DNA of 64,000 nucleotides from Halanaerobium sp. (GCA_018399955.1 JAGYNO010000003.1:30245-94244); one strand, 5' to 3'. Counted from the stretch's first letter, positions 1 through 9,350 are shown. Numbers and translations are program-made. The notes: generated from the sequence alone by a model not told the origin.

Positions 1-1630
1 TGTTAATGAAATTACCTTTGATAGAATGTTCAATGTACTTGAAACATTTAAGAATCCAAAAACCAAAAATCAGCTTAAAAAGAGGGATATAATATTAAAT
101 TTAAATAGTCCTTCATATATAAGAGATGATGAATTAAAAGATGAGGAATCATATTTTGATTCTGAAATGTTGAATGATTCTCAGAAAGAGGCAATTTTTA
201 AATCTTTTAGAGCAGAAGATATATATTTGATTCAGGGTCCTCCTGGAACCGGGAAAACTATAACTGCTGTGGAGATTATTAATGAGGCTGTAAAAAAAGA
301 TAAAAAAATTCTTGCTTCTGCATCTTCTAATACAGCTGTAGACAACTTATTAGAATTATTAATTCAGAAAAAGTTAAATGTGATTAGAATAGGACACCCT
401 GTTAGAGTCAATAAAAAAATGCGTAAACATACACTTGATAATAAGGTATTAGAACATCCTGATTATATTGAAGCTGAAAAACTGAGAAATGAAGTATCTG
501 ATATAATAAATAAGCAGGAATCATATCTTTACCCAGGTGGTAAATATCGCAGAGGGCTTTCTGATCAAGAAATAAGGGATTATGCAGAAAAAGATATAGA
601 ACATCATGTAAGAGGGGTTAGCCCGGAAGTAATTGACGAAATGGCAGGTTGGCTTGATTTACAGGCCAAAATAGATAAATATTTTAAAAAGATAGAAAAA
701 CTAGAAAATAAAGCTGTTGAAGACCTTTTAGATAGGGCCGATGTTATTTGTTCAACAAATATAACTGCAGGTTCTGATATGCTTTCTAATAGGTATTTTG
801 ATTTAAGTGTTATTGATGAAGCTACTCAATCAACACAAACTGAAACTTTAATTCCATATTTTAAAGCAGATAAGAGCATTTTAATTGGAGACCATAAACA
901 GCTGCCTCCTACAGTTATTAATCAGCAAGCTTTAGAAAAAGGGCTCAGCAAATCCCTTTTTGAAGAGTTATATGATCTGTATAGTAATAATTTTACTTCA
1001 ACTCTTAATATTCAATACAGAATGAACAGAGGAATTATGGGGTTTTCAAGCCTCTATTTTTATAATATTGACTTAAAAGCAGCAGAATCTGCTGCAGAAC
1101 AAACATTATCTGATTTGGGAGTTGATATTAATTCAGATGAATTTATTGTGGATAAAGCTTTAAAGCCAGAATATCCAATTGTTTTTCTAGATACTCTTAA
1201 TATGGAAGCAGAAGAGCGTTCTTTAAATGGCTCTAATTCTTATGATAATCCTGTTGAATCTGAAATTGTACTAGATATAATTGATAGAGCTGTAAAGCTT
1301 TCTATTACTGAAAAAGATATTGCTGTAATATCTCCTTATAAAGATCAAGTAGATTTTTTAAATAAGCATAATCATTTTAAAGATGTGGAAATAGATACTG
1401 TAGATGCTTTTCAGGGACGAGAAAAAGAAATGGTTATATTTACAGCTGTACGCAGTAACAAAGAAAACAATATCGGTTTTTTACGTGATTTAAGAAGGCT
1501 AAATGTTGCATTAACCAGAGCTAAAAAGAAGTTAATAATTATTGCTGACAGCAGCACAATCTGCTGTACTGAGGTTTATATTAATCTGCTAACTTATGTT
1601 AAAAAAATTGGTCTATATTATCAACTTTAA
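1..1630 (+). CDS. SF1B helicase, IGHMBP2/DNA2/NAM7(Upf1) family, 5'-truncated by the window edge
   Basis: Frame open to the window start; motifs QGPPGTGKT, SNTAVDN, IDEATQS, GDHKQLPP, QYRM, TVDAFQGRE, RRLNVALTRAK. Confidence 0.9.
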   Translation, partial: VNEITFDRMFNVLETFKNPKTKNQLKKRDIILNLNSPSYIRDDELKDEESYFDSEMLNDSQKEAIFKSFRAEDIYLIQGPPGTGKTITAVEIINEAVKKDKKILASASSNTAVDNLLELLIQKKLNVIRIGHPVRVNKKMRKHTLDNKVLEHPDYIEAEKLRNEVSDIINKQESYLYPGGKYRRGLSDQEIRDYAEKDIEHHVRGVSPEVIDEMAGWLDLQAKIDKYFKKIEKLENKAVEDLLDRADVICSTNITAGSDMLSNRYFDLSVIDEATQSTQTETLIPYFKADKSILIGDHKQLPPTVINQQALEKGLSKSLFEELYDLYSNNFTSTLNIQYRMNRGIMGFSSLYFYNIDLKAAESAAEQTLSDLGVDINSDEFIVDKALKPEYPIVFLDTLNMEAEERSLNGSNSYDNPVESEIVLDIIDRAVKLSITEKDIAVISPYKDQVDFLNKHNHFKDVEIDTVDAFQGREKEMVIFTAVRSNKENNIGFLRDLRRLNVALTRAKKKLIIIADSSTICCTEVYINLLTYVKKIGLYYQL

Positions 1631-1682
1631 TGACTTTGGATTTTTAGATTATAGAGATGAAATTATAGGTGGTAAATATGGA

Positions 1683-1711
1683 TTGACAGTTTTTTAAAAT
1701 TGCGATATACT
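1683..1711 (+). promoter_or_regulatory. sigma-A type promoter for the 48-aa mini-gene
   Basis: TTGACA (1683-1688), 17 nt spacer, TATACT (1706-1711). Confidence 0.7.
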
Positions 1712-1770
1712 TATAACAGATAAAGTTTTTAATATTTTATTATTCTTTTTAGCAATGAGGTGGTTAAATC

Positions 1771-1917
1771 GTGGATAGACTGCGCCGTAAACGCAATTTC
1801 ACTGAGGCTGAAAAAGAGGAAATTACCAAAGCTATGGTTAAAGGATATGAAAAAATGGCTGCAGTAAAAGAGGATTTAATTAAAAATGTTTCACTCATTA
1901 AAGATGGGGCTAAGTAG
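1771..1917 (+). CDS. 48-aa small protein resembling the C-terminal helix of the MazE/NdoAI antitoxin (absent from the ORF track)
   Basis: SD GAGGTG at 1757-1762, GTG start; MDRLRRKRNFTEAEKEEITKAMVKGYEKMAAVKEDLIKNVSLIKDGAK; ungapped match to the downstream antitoxin (KEE-x7-GYxKMA). Confidence 0.7.
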   Translation: MDRLRRKRNFTEAEKEEITKAMVKGYEKMAAVKEDLIKNVSLIKDGAK

Positions 1918-1932
1918 TCTCATCTTTTTTTT
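1901..1932 (+). terminator. intrinsic terminator closing the mini-gene
   Basis: AAGATGGGGCT/AGTCTCATCTT stem with G-U pairs, followed by a T-run. Confidence 0.65.
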
Positions 1933-1969
1933 CTTGTCTGATAAGAGTTTTAAAATTTGAGCAAAAAAT

Positions 1970-1998
1970 TTGAAAAATAACTTAAAAATATGTATAAT
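1970..1998 (+). promoter_or_regulatory. sigma-A type promoter of mazEF
   Basis: TTGAAA-17-TATAAT. Confidence 0.6.
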
Positions 1999-2031
1999 AG
2001 ATTCAGTTAGAGTAAATTGGAGGTGTCACCT

Positions 2032-2328
2032 TTGTCCAAATTTAAAAAGATAAAAATTGAACTTCCTGAGTATTTAGTTGAGGAAATAGAGCTTTATTGT
2101 CAGCAAAATAATGAAGAAAAGAGTCAATTTTTATCAAAGGCAGTAAAATTATATTTGCGAGAAAGAAAAAAAGAAGAAGTGAGATCTCATCTTAGAGATG
2201 GATATAAAAAAATGGCTGGTCTTAATCAACAATTAGCAGATGAAGGATTGTCAAGTGACTGCTATTCTTATTTATGTTATGAGCAGAGACTGGTGGAGTG
2301 TGAAAAAATTGAAAGTAAAAAGGGGTGA
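2032..2328 (+). CDS. mazE: MazE/NdoAI-type antitoxin (RHH/CopG N-terminus)
   Basis: SD GGAGGTG then TTG; RHH pattern [22 protein letters not shown]; conserved GYxxMA; overlaps the toxin start. Confidence 0.85.
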   Translation: MSKFKKIKIELPEYLVEEIELYCQQNNEEKSQFLSKAVKLYLRERKKEEVRSHLRDGYKKMAGLNQQLADEGLSSDCYSYLCYEQRLVECEKIESKKG

Positions 2329-2659
2329 TGTTTTTTACGCTAATTTGAATCCAGTTGTGGGTTCTGAGCAGGGAGGTACTAGACCAGTATTGATTGTACA
2401 AAATGATATTGGTAATAAATACAGTCCAACAGTTATTGTTGCAGCAATAACTTCTCGTATCAATAAGGCTAAACTGCCCACTCATGTTGAGATTCCTGCC
2501 AATTATACAAATTTAGATAAGGATTCTGTTATTCTGCTTGAGCAAATCAGAACTATAGATAAAAAAAGACTGCAGAGACATATTGCTCATTTAGAAGAAG
2601 ATGTTATTGAAGATGTCAATACTTCATTAGAAATTAGTTTGGGTTTAATAGAACTTTAA
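2309..2659 (+). CDS. mazF: MazF/PemK endoribonuclease toxin (EndoA)
   Basis: [55 protein letters not shown]; likely TTG start at 2309 behind SD GGAG. Confidence 0.95.
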   Translation: MKVKRGDVFYANLNPVVGSEQGGTRPVLIVQNDIGNKYSPTVIVAAITSRINKAKLPTHVEIPANYTNLDKDSVILLEQIRTIDKKRLQRHIAHLEEDVIEDVNTSLEISLGLIEL

Positions 2660-2670
2660 TGGTTTTTTAC

Positions 2671-2699
2671 TTGACATTGTGAAATTTATATCGTATAAT
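2671..2699 (+). promoter_or_regulatory. consensus sigma-A promoter of the hydrogenase cluster
   Basis: TTGACA-17-TATAAT. Confidence 0.8.
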
Positions 2700-2737
2700 T
2701 TTCTTGTAATATTCAATAGTATTTTTTTTAACTGTCC

Positions 2738-2755
2738 AAGTGAATAAATTCACTT
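2738..2755. promoter_or_regulatory. Rex-like operator
   Basis: AAGTGAATAAATTCACTT, core GTGAA-N4-TTCAC, in the leader of an NADH-linked hydrogenase operon. Confidence 0.55.
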
Positions 2756-2832
2756 AAATAGTTTAAATGTAAATATCTTACAGATTGCAAAAGTGAGATA
2801 AATGAGATATCATTTATATATGGAGGCAAAAA

Positions 2833-3195
2833 ATGAAATTAAAAGAAGTTAAAAATCTTTTAAAAACTAATAATCTTTTGGAAACTGTTCCAGAAGCAGA
2901 AGAACTGGAAGTAATTAATGCATGTGGAGCAGATTTAATGAGTGATGTTTTAGCTTTTTCTAAAGAAAAGACGCTTCTTTTAACTGGTTTAACCAATCCA
3001 CAGGTAGTAAGAACTGCTGAGATGGTTGGTATTCAGGTTATTATATTTGTTAGGGGTAAACAGCCACAGCTTGAAACCATTACTCTAGCAGATCAACTCG
3101 ATATCTTTATTTACTCTACAGAAATGCCGCTTTTTGAAGCTTGTGGAATTTTATATAAATATGGAATTGGTCCTGAAAATATAAATTATTTGTAA
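2833..3195 (+). CDS. stand-alone DRTGG-domain protein (hydrogenase-associated)
   Basis: CGADLMSDVLAF..LLLTGLTNPQVVRTAEM..FVRGK. Confidence 0.8.
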   Translation: MKLKEVKNLLKTNNLLETVPEAEELEVINACGADLMSDVLAFSKEKTLLLTGLTNPQVVRTAEMVGIQVIIFVRGKQPQLETITLADQLDIFIYSTEMPLFEACGILYKYGIGPENINYL

Positions 3196-3233
3196 ATCGA
3201 TCCTTCAAATTGAATTCAGGAGTTGATTTTGCA

Positions 3234-3659
3234 TTGTCTAAACAGAAGTTGATGGAAAAAGAAATTGAAAGTTTTGATTTTCAAAGTGGTGGAGAAGCTT
3301 CTAGTCAATTGAAAAATATGCTTCGCAAATTAGGAGTAGACTCTAAAATAGTAAGAAAAACTGCAATTGTTACTTATGAGCTTGAGATGAATGTAGTAAT
3401 TCATTCAGAAGGGGGCAGATTAAAAGCAGCAGTATCCGCACAAGAATTAGAGATAGATGTTATAGATGATGGACCAGGTATACCAGATCTCGATAAAGCT
3501 TTTACGCCTGGTTTTTCTACTGCAAGTGATGAAATAAGAGAAATGGGGTTTGGAGCTGGAATGGGACTTGTTAATGTAAAAAGATATGCTGATAAAATTG
3601 ATGTTGAGTCTTCAGAAAATGGTACTCATGTTAAAGTTATTATAAAACTTGTTAACTAA
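3234..3659 (+). CDS. RsbT/anti-sigma-like Ser/Thr kinase (HATPase_c)
   Basis: ELEMNVVIH, DDGPGI, GFSTA, MGFGAGMGL; SD AGGAG before TTG 3234. Confidence 0.8.
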   Translation: MSKQKLMEKEIESFDFQSGGEASSQLKNMLRKLGVDSKIVRKTAIVTYELEMNVVIHSEGGRLKAAVSAQELEIDVIDDGPGIPDLDKAFTPGFSTASDEIREMGFGAGMGLVNVKRYADKIDVESSENGTHVKVIIKLVN

Positions 3660-3676
3660 TACTGCGGAGGTTAAAG

Positions 3677-5014
3677 ATGAGCAAAAAGCATTCCGTTTTG
3701 CTAAAAGAAGATAAATGTGAGGGCTGCACTAATTGTGTTAAAGGCTGTCCTACTAAAGCAATTCGGGTTCATCAAGGGAGGGCCTGGATCAAAGAAGATT
3801 TGTGTATAGATTGTGCTGAATGCATTAGGGCATGTGAATATCATGCTAAATATACTGAAACAGATGAATTAGAAGATATTTTAAAATCAGATTATCCTGT
3901 TTTATTGATACCACCAAGTTTTTACGGTCAGTTTTCTGCTGAGATTTCTTCTGCAAAAATTAAAACTGCCATTAGAAAAATTGGCTTTAAAGGAGTATAT
4001 GATGTTGCAGAGGCAGCAGCAGCTCTTTCTCGTAAAACATTAGAATTTTTAAATAATAATACCGGAAGCTATATTTCAACTTCCTGTCCGGTAATTGTTA
4101 GGTTAATTAAACTGCAGTATCCAGATCTAATAGATATGTTAATACCTTTAAAATCACCCGTAGAACTTGCAGCAGAAAAAATAAAAAAAGAATTAAAAAC
4201 TGAACTAGATATTAATGCAGATATATTTTTTTTAACTCCATGTCCCGCAAAATTGACTACTGTCGATAGAGCTATTGGGCAAAAAGAAAGTTTCTTAAGT
4301 GGTGCAGTTGGAGTAGAAAATGTTTATGAAAAAATTTATGATTTACTGGGAGGCATTACTACAGTTGAGATAGAAAAAAATAATATGATACCACTTGCTA
4401 CTATTTGGGGACGTGAGGGGGGAGAAGAGAGCATTTTAAAATCCTGGCAGGAAATAAATACAATTAGTGTTTCTGGTATTAATGTAGTAAAAAAACTTCT
4501 AGATGAAATAGAAAGAAATAATATTTCTTCAGAGATAAAATATTTTGAAATGACATCCTGTTTTGATGGCTGTGTTGGTGGAGTTTTGAATGTTATTAAC
4601 CAATATCAGGCTCAATTTAATTTAGAACAGCGAGTAAATAAGATTAAAAAAGAAATTGGGCGTAATGAAATTTCTTTAGAAGATAAAGATGATGAAAAAT
4701 ATAATTTTTATCTAAAAGAAGAAATTACTGCTGATAACTTTGAAAGACTCGACCAGGATTTCAAAAAAGCTATGAAGAAATTAGAACAGTTACAAAAAGA
4801 GATAGAAATTCTTCCTGGACTTGATTGTGCAGCCTGTGGAGCTCCTGACTGTAAAACATTTGCTGAAGATATTGTAAATGGTCGGGCTGTGAGGACAGAC
4901 TGTATTTTTATGCTTAGAAAACAGCTTGGTGAATTGGCCAATGGTCTTTCTCAAATGGCTAATGAACTGCCGCCTGTTATGTCTACAGATAAGGAGGAAA
5001 ATGATGATAGTTAA
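3677..5014 (+). CDS. putative sensory/regulatory [FeFe]-hydrogenase-like protein (group C/D type) with N-terminal 2x[4Fe-4S] and C-terminal FeS domain
   Basis: CEGCTNCVKGCP/CIDCAECIRAC; P1 STSCP, P2 TPCPAK, P3 EMTSCFDGCVGG; C-terminal LPGLDCAACGAPDC. Confidence 0.8.
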   Translation: MSKKHSVLLKEDKCEGCTNCVKGCPTKAIRVHQGRAWIKEDLCIDCAECIRACEYHAKYTETDELEDILKSDYPVLLIPPSFYGQFSAEISSAKIKTAIRKIGFKGVYDVAEAAAALSRKTLEFLNNNTGSYISTSCPVIVRLIKLQYPDLIDMLIPLKSPVELAAEKIKKELKTELDINADIFFLTPCPAKLTTVDRAIGQKESFLSGAVGVENVYEKIYDLLGGITTVEIEKNNMIPLATIWGREGGEESILKSWQEINTISVSGINVVKKLLDEIERNNISSEIKYFEMTSCFDGCVGGVLNVINQYQAQFNLEQRVNKIKKEIGRNEISLEDKDDEKYNFYLKEEITADNFERLDQDFKKAMKKLEQLQKEIEILPGLDCAACGAPDCKTFAEDIVNGRAVRTDCIFMLRKQLGELANGLSQMANELPPVMSTDKEENDDS

Positions 5015-5333
5015 TGAACTAGTAGCAAAATTTAACCTCGAAGTTGTTGCTGGTCCAGAATTAGGTAAAGAAATTGATGGTGTTTATTGTGGAGATCTTT
5101 TAAGTAATGTTATGGCAAGAGCAAAAAAGAATAATTTATGGATAACTGTTCAGGGACATCAAAATGTAGTTGCTGTAGCACTACTAGTTGATATTTCAGC
5201 AGTTATTTTAGTCGAAGGTTTTGAATATGATGAAAAGGCAGTGAAAAAGGCATGTGATAAAGGTGTTAATCTTTTAAGAACAAAAAAGAAATCATATACT
5301 TTAACCTGTAAATTTTGCGAAAGTAATCTTTAA
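5001..5333 (+). CDS. second stand-alone DRTGG-domain protein
   Basis: SD AAGGAGG; GVYCGDLLSNVMA..WITVQGHQNVVAVA. Confidence 0.8.
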   Translation: MMIVNELVAKFNLEVVAGPELGKEIDGVYCGDLLSNVMARAKKNNLWITVQGHQNVVAVALLVDISAVILVEGFEYDEKAVKKACDKGVNLLRTKKKSYTLTCKFCESNL

Positions 5334-5334
5334 T

Positions 5335-6069
5335 ATGAAAAAAGTAAAATCTGATCTACATTTGCATTCTGTTCTATCACCATGTGGTGATTTATTAATC
5401 ACTCCAGGTGAAATAGTGAAAAAAGCTAAAGAAAAAAATATTGAAGTACTAGCTTTAACAGATCATAACTCAGCAGAAAATGCTGAGGTATTTGAATACT
5501 ATTGTAGTGAAAATGATATTTTATTTATTCCGGCAATGGAGGTTGAAACAAAAGAAGAAATTCACATTCTCTGTTATTTTTCAGACTTAAATACCTTAAA
5601 AAAATGGCAGAGTATAGTTTATGAGCATCTTCCAGGCAAAGATAATGATGAAGATTTTTTTGGGCCTCAAATAAAATGTGATTTTGCAGATGAATATAAA
5701 GAAAAAATCACACAGATGCTTGCAGGAGCTGTTAACTTGAGTTTAGAGGAAACTACAAAAAAGGTTTCAGAATTAGGAGGAATTGCTGTTCCTTCACATC
5801 TTGACAGAAAAAACAGCATTATAAGCCAGCTTGGTTTTATTCCACCTGATCTGGATTTTAAGACTGTAGAAATTTCAAAAAATATTTCTTTAGAAAATGC
5901 ACTAAAGAAATATCCTCAATTAAATAATTATCAGATTATCAAAAACTCAGATAGTCATTATTTAAAAGATATAAAAGCTTATCATTATTTGTACTTAGAT
6001 GGTCTAAATTTTTTTGAGTTCAAAAAGGCATTAAAAATGGTAGATGGCAGAAAGATTATTTTAATTTAG
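5335..6069 (+). CDS. PHP-domain phosphoesterase
   Basis: DLHLHSVLSPC, LTDHN, MEV..EEIH, SHLDR, SDSH. Confidence 0.85.
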   Translation: MKKVKSDLHLHSVLSPCGDLLITPGEIVKKAKEKNIEVLALTDHNSAENAEVFEYYCSENDILFIPAMEVETKEEIHILCYFSDLNTLKKWQSIVYEHLPGKDNDEDFFGPQIKCDFADEYKEKITQMLAGAVNLSLEETTKKVSELGGIAVPSHLDRKNSIISQLGFIPPDLDFKTVEISKNISLENALKKYPQLNNYQIIKNSDSHYLKDIKAYHYLYLDGLNFFEFKKALKMVDGRKIILI

Positions 6070-6096
6070 TTTAATTTTACAAGGAGGTAATTATTG

Positions 6097-6579
6097 ATGG
6101 CAGAGATGACAAAAGCAAAAATGGCAGAATTCTTAGAACCTGTAAATGATATTATTTCTCGTTATGAGAAAAAAGAAAGGTATTTAATACCTGTTCTTCA
6201 GGAAGCACAGGGTGAGTATGGATATTTACCCGAAGAGGTATTAAAAGAAATTGCTGTCGGCTTAAATTTATCTTTAAGTCAGGTTTATGGAGTTGTCACT
6301 TTTTATAGTCAGTTCCATCAGCAGCCGCGAGGTAATAATATAATTCGTGTATGTATGGGTACTGCTTGTCATGTAAGAGGTGGAGATGCAGTAATGGATG
6401 CTATTCAAGATGAATTAGGTATTGACGCAGGTGAAACTACAGATGATTTAGAATTTACTTTAGAATCTGTTGCCTGTATAGGTGCATGTGGTCTGGCACC
6501 AGTTATTATGGTTAATGATGATACACATGGACGGCTAACTCCCGAAAAAATACCGGGAATTCTGGCAAAATACCAGTAA
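6097..6579 (+). CDS. hydC: bifurcating hydrogenase NuoE-like [2Fe-2S] subunit
   Basis: GVVTFYSQF, VCMGTACHVRG, VACIGACGLAP. Confidence 0.88.
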   Translation: MAEMTKAKMAEFLEPVNDIISRYEKKERYLIPVLQEAQGEYGYLPEEVLKEIAVGLNLSLSQVYGVVTFYSQFHQQPRGNNIIRVCMGTACHVRGGDAVMDAIQDELGIDAGETTDDLEFTLESVACIGACGLAPVIMVNDDTHGRLTPEKIPGILAKYQ

Positions 6580-6580
6580 T

Positions 6581-7138
6581 ATGAGAGAGCTATCTCTACA
6601 TATATCTGATATTTTAGAGAATTCTAGAACTGCAGAGGCAGATTTGATTGAACTTGAAATAATTGAAAACCCAAAAAAAAATATATTAAAAATTATTATT
6701 ACAGATAATGGTAAGGGGATTCCAGAAAATAAATTGAGTACAATTACAGATCCTTTTGTGACTTCTAGAACTACCAGAGATGTTGGTTTAGGTCTTTCAT
6801 TTTTTAAAAAAGCTGCTGAAAATGCTAATGGTTTTTTTAAAATTGATTCAAAAGAAGGTAAGGGCAGTAAAGTTATTGTAGAATTTGAGTATGATCACAT
6901 AGATAGAGCACCATTGGGGGATATTGCAGCAACTGTAAGTAATTTTATTGCTGCTAATGGAGATCAGCTTGATTTTGTATATCATCATTTCTATCAGGAT
7001 GAGAAATTTATACTTGACAGCCGTCAGATGAAAGAAGAATTAGAAGATTTATCTATTCAATCTCCGGCTGTGATAAGTTGGGTTAGAGAATTTATCGAAG
7101 AAAACTTAGAAAAAATTCGCGGAGGTGAAGCTTTTTAA
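6581..7138 (+). CDS. HATPase_c (histidine-kinase-like ATPase) protein without a recognisable sensor or His-acceptor domain
   Basis: ELSLHISDILENS, DNGKGI, DPFVTSRTTRDVGLGL, HIDRAPLGD. Confidence 0.8.
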   Translation: MRELSLHISDILENSRTAEADLIELEIIENPKKNILKIIITDNGKGIPENKLSTITDPFVTSRTTRDVGLGLSFFKKAAENANGFFKIDSKEGKGSKVIVEFEYDHIDRAPLGDIAATVSNFIAANGDQLDFVYHHFYQDEKFILDSRQMKEELEDLSIQSPAVISWVREFIEENLEKIRGGEAF

Positions 7139-7503
7139 TGAAATCTTTAGAAGAATTAAAGGATATGAGAAATAAATTCCAGAATGAAATAAAAAAGCGC
7201 GACCAAGGGCCAAGAACCGAAATTATTGTTGGAATGGGTACTTGTGGTATAGCAGCAGGGGCAAGAGATATTTTAAAAGCAGTTTTACAGGAAGTAGATA
7301 AGAGGAATATGGATGTTAGAGTTACCCAAACTGGTTGTATTGGAATGTGTGAAAAAGAACCTCTTATTGATGTTAAATTACCTGGTAAAGAAAGAATCAC
7401 TTATGGTAATTTAGAGGTAAGTGATATTTCAAAAATAATACTTGAACATGTCATAAATGGTAATGTAGTGCAGGATTTAGTTATAGCCAGACATAGTGAA
7501 TAA
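7138..7503 (+). CDS. hydD: thioredoxin-like [2Fe-2S] ferredoxin subunit (HydD/HndB type)
   Basis: VGMGTCGIAAGA, TGCIGMCEKEP. Confidence 0.8.
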   Translation: MKSLEELKDMRNKFQNEIKKRDQGPRTEIIVGMGTCGIAAGARDILKAVLQEVDKRNMDVRVTQTGCIGMCEKEPLIDVKLPGKERITYGNLEVSDISKIILEHVINGNVVQDLVIARHSE

Positions 7504-7524
7504 TTATAAAGGAGGCACTTTTTA

Positions 7525-9327
7525 ATGAATGATTCTATTTATCGTTCCCATGTATTAGTATGTACAGGAACAGGTTGTGTTTCTTCCGGTGCTAAAAATT
7601 TAAAAACAACTCTGGAAGAAGAACTAGCTGATAAAGATTTAAGTAGTGAGATAAAAATTGTAGAAACTGGATGTCATGGTTTCTGTGAAAAAGGCCCAAT
7701 AATGATTGTTTATCCAGAAGGAGTATTTTATTGTGAGGTTTCGGAGGATGATGTTGCTGAAGTTGTAGAAGAACATCTGCTTAAAGGACGCACAGTAGAA
7801 AGACTGCTCTTTAGAGAACCAATGACTGAAGAACAGATCCCTTCTTATAAGGATATAGATTTTTATAAAAAACAGCAGAGAATTGCACTTGCAAATTGTG
7901 GTAAAATAGATCCAGAAGATATAGATGAATATATAGCTTTAGGTGGTTATGAGGCTGCCGGTGAAGTACTTACAAACATGAGCTCTCAGGAGGTAATTGA
8001 TGAGATTAAAAACTCCGGACTCAGAGGCCGTGGAGGTGGAGGTTTCCCTACCGGACTAAAGTGGCAGTTTGCTAAAAATTCAGATAGTGATAAAAAATAT
8101 GTTATCTGTAATGCTGATGAAGGTGATCCAGGTGCATTTATGGATAGAAGTATTTTGGAGGGAGATCCTCATAAAGTTATTGAAGGGATGTTGATTGCTG
8201 CTTATGCAATTGGTGCTGATGAAGGTTATGTATATGTAAGAGCTGAATATCCACTTGCTATAACAAGACTTGAAAAAGCTATTGAAGATTCTGAGAAATA
8301 TGGTTTATTAGGTGATAATATTTTCAGCAGTGGTTTTAATTTTAAACTTCATATTAAAAAAGGTGCAGGAGCTTTTGTATGTGGTGAAGAAACTGCTTTG
8401 ATGGCTTCTATTGAAGGTAAAAGAGGTATGCCAACTCCAAGACCTCCATATCCAGCTGTAAGAGGTCTTTTCGGAAAACCTACAAATATCAATAATGTTG
8501 AAACACTTGCAAATATACCTTTTATAATTACTGAAGGTTCTGATGAATTTTCTAAAATTGGTACTGAAAATAGTTCCGGAACAAAGGTGTTTGCTTTAAC
8601 CGGTAAAATTAATAATACAGGGCTTGTAGAAGTTCCAATGGGTACTACACTCAAAGAAGTAATTTATGAAATTGGTGGTGGACTGGGAGCAGGCAAAAAA
8701 TTTAAAGCAGTCCAGACCGGGGGACCTTCTGGTGGATGTTTACCGGAAAAATATCTGGATTTACCTATAGATTATGATTCATTACTTGATGCTGGGACTA
8801 TGATGGGTTCTGGTGGAATGGTTGTAATGGATGAAGATTCATGTATGGTAGATGTAGCACGTTTCTTCTTGAATTTTACCCAGAGTGAGTCATGTGGTAA
8901 ATGCACACCATGTCGTGAAGGAACAAAGAGAATGCTTGAAATTTTAAATAGAATAACTTCAGGTGACGGAAAAGATGGAGATATTGAATTACTTGAAGAA
9001 TTAGGTCATCATATTAAGAGTACTTCATTATGTGGATTAGGTCAGTCAGCTCCTAACCCTGTTTTAAGTACAATTCGTTATTTCCGTGATGAGTATGAAG
9101 CTCATATCCATGACGATAATTGTCCTGCAGGAGTCTGCAAAGAATTGTCCAGTGCTTACGTGATTGACGAAGAAGCCTGCATAGGTTGTGGAAAGTGTGC
9201 TAAGGTATGTCCTGTTGATGCAATTAGTGGAGAAATCAAGAGTGCTTTTGTAATAGATGCGGATATTTGTATAGCTTGTGGAGCATGTGAACCAGAATGC
9301 CCTGTTGATGCAATTTCACAGGGGTAG
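7525..9327 (+). CDS. hydB: NuoF-like FMN/NADH-binding subunit of bifurcating hydrogenase
   Basis: GLRGRGGGGFPTG, CNADEGDPG, GAFVCGEETAL, CGKCTPCREG, C-terminal 2x[4Fe-4S]. Confidence 0.92.
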   Translation: MNDSIYRSHVLVCTGTGCVSSGAKNLKTTLEEELADKDLSSEIKIVETGCHGFCEKGPIMIVYPEGVFYCEVSEDDVAEVVEEHLLKGRTVERLLFREPMTEEQIPSYKDIDFYKKQQRIALANCGKIDPEDIDEYIALGGYEAAGEVLTNMSSQEVIDEIKNSGLRGRGGGGFPTGLKWQFAKNSDSDKKYVICNADEGDPGAFMDRSILEGDPHKVIEGMLIAAYAIGADEGYVYVRAEYPLAITRLEKAIEDSEKYGLLGDNIFSSGFNFKLHIKKGAGAFVCGEETALMASIEGKRGMPTPRPPYPAVRGLFGKPTNINNVETLANIPFIITEGSDEFSKIGTENSSGTKVFALTGKINNTGLVEVPMGTTLKEVIYEIGGGLGAGKKFKAVQTGGPSGGCLPEKYLDLPIDYDSLLDAGTMMGSGGMVVMDEDSCMVDVARFFLNFTQSESCGKCTPCREGTKRMLEILNRITSGDGKDGDIELLEELGHHIKSTSLCGLGQSAPNPVLSTIRYFRDEYEAHIHDDNCPAGVCKELSSAYVIDEEACIGCGKCAKVCPVDAISGEIKSAFVIDADICIACGACEPECPVDAISQG

Positions 9328-9350
9328 TCTCTTATATAGGAGGGAAATAA

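Noticed and set aside
1-2659. Upf1-like helicase plus mazEF as a defence island
   Set aside because: Separate promoters and a terminator lie between them; mazEF is the common chromosomal NdoAI/NdoA type and no other defence genes adjoin it
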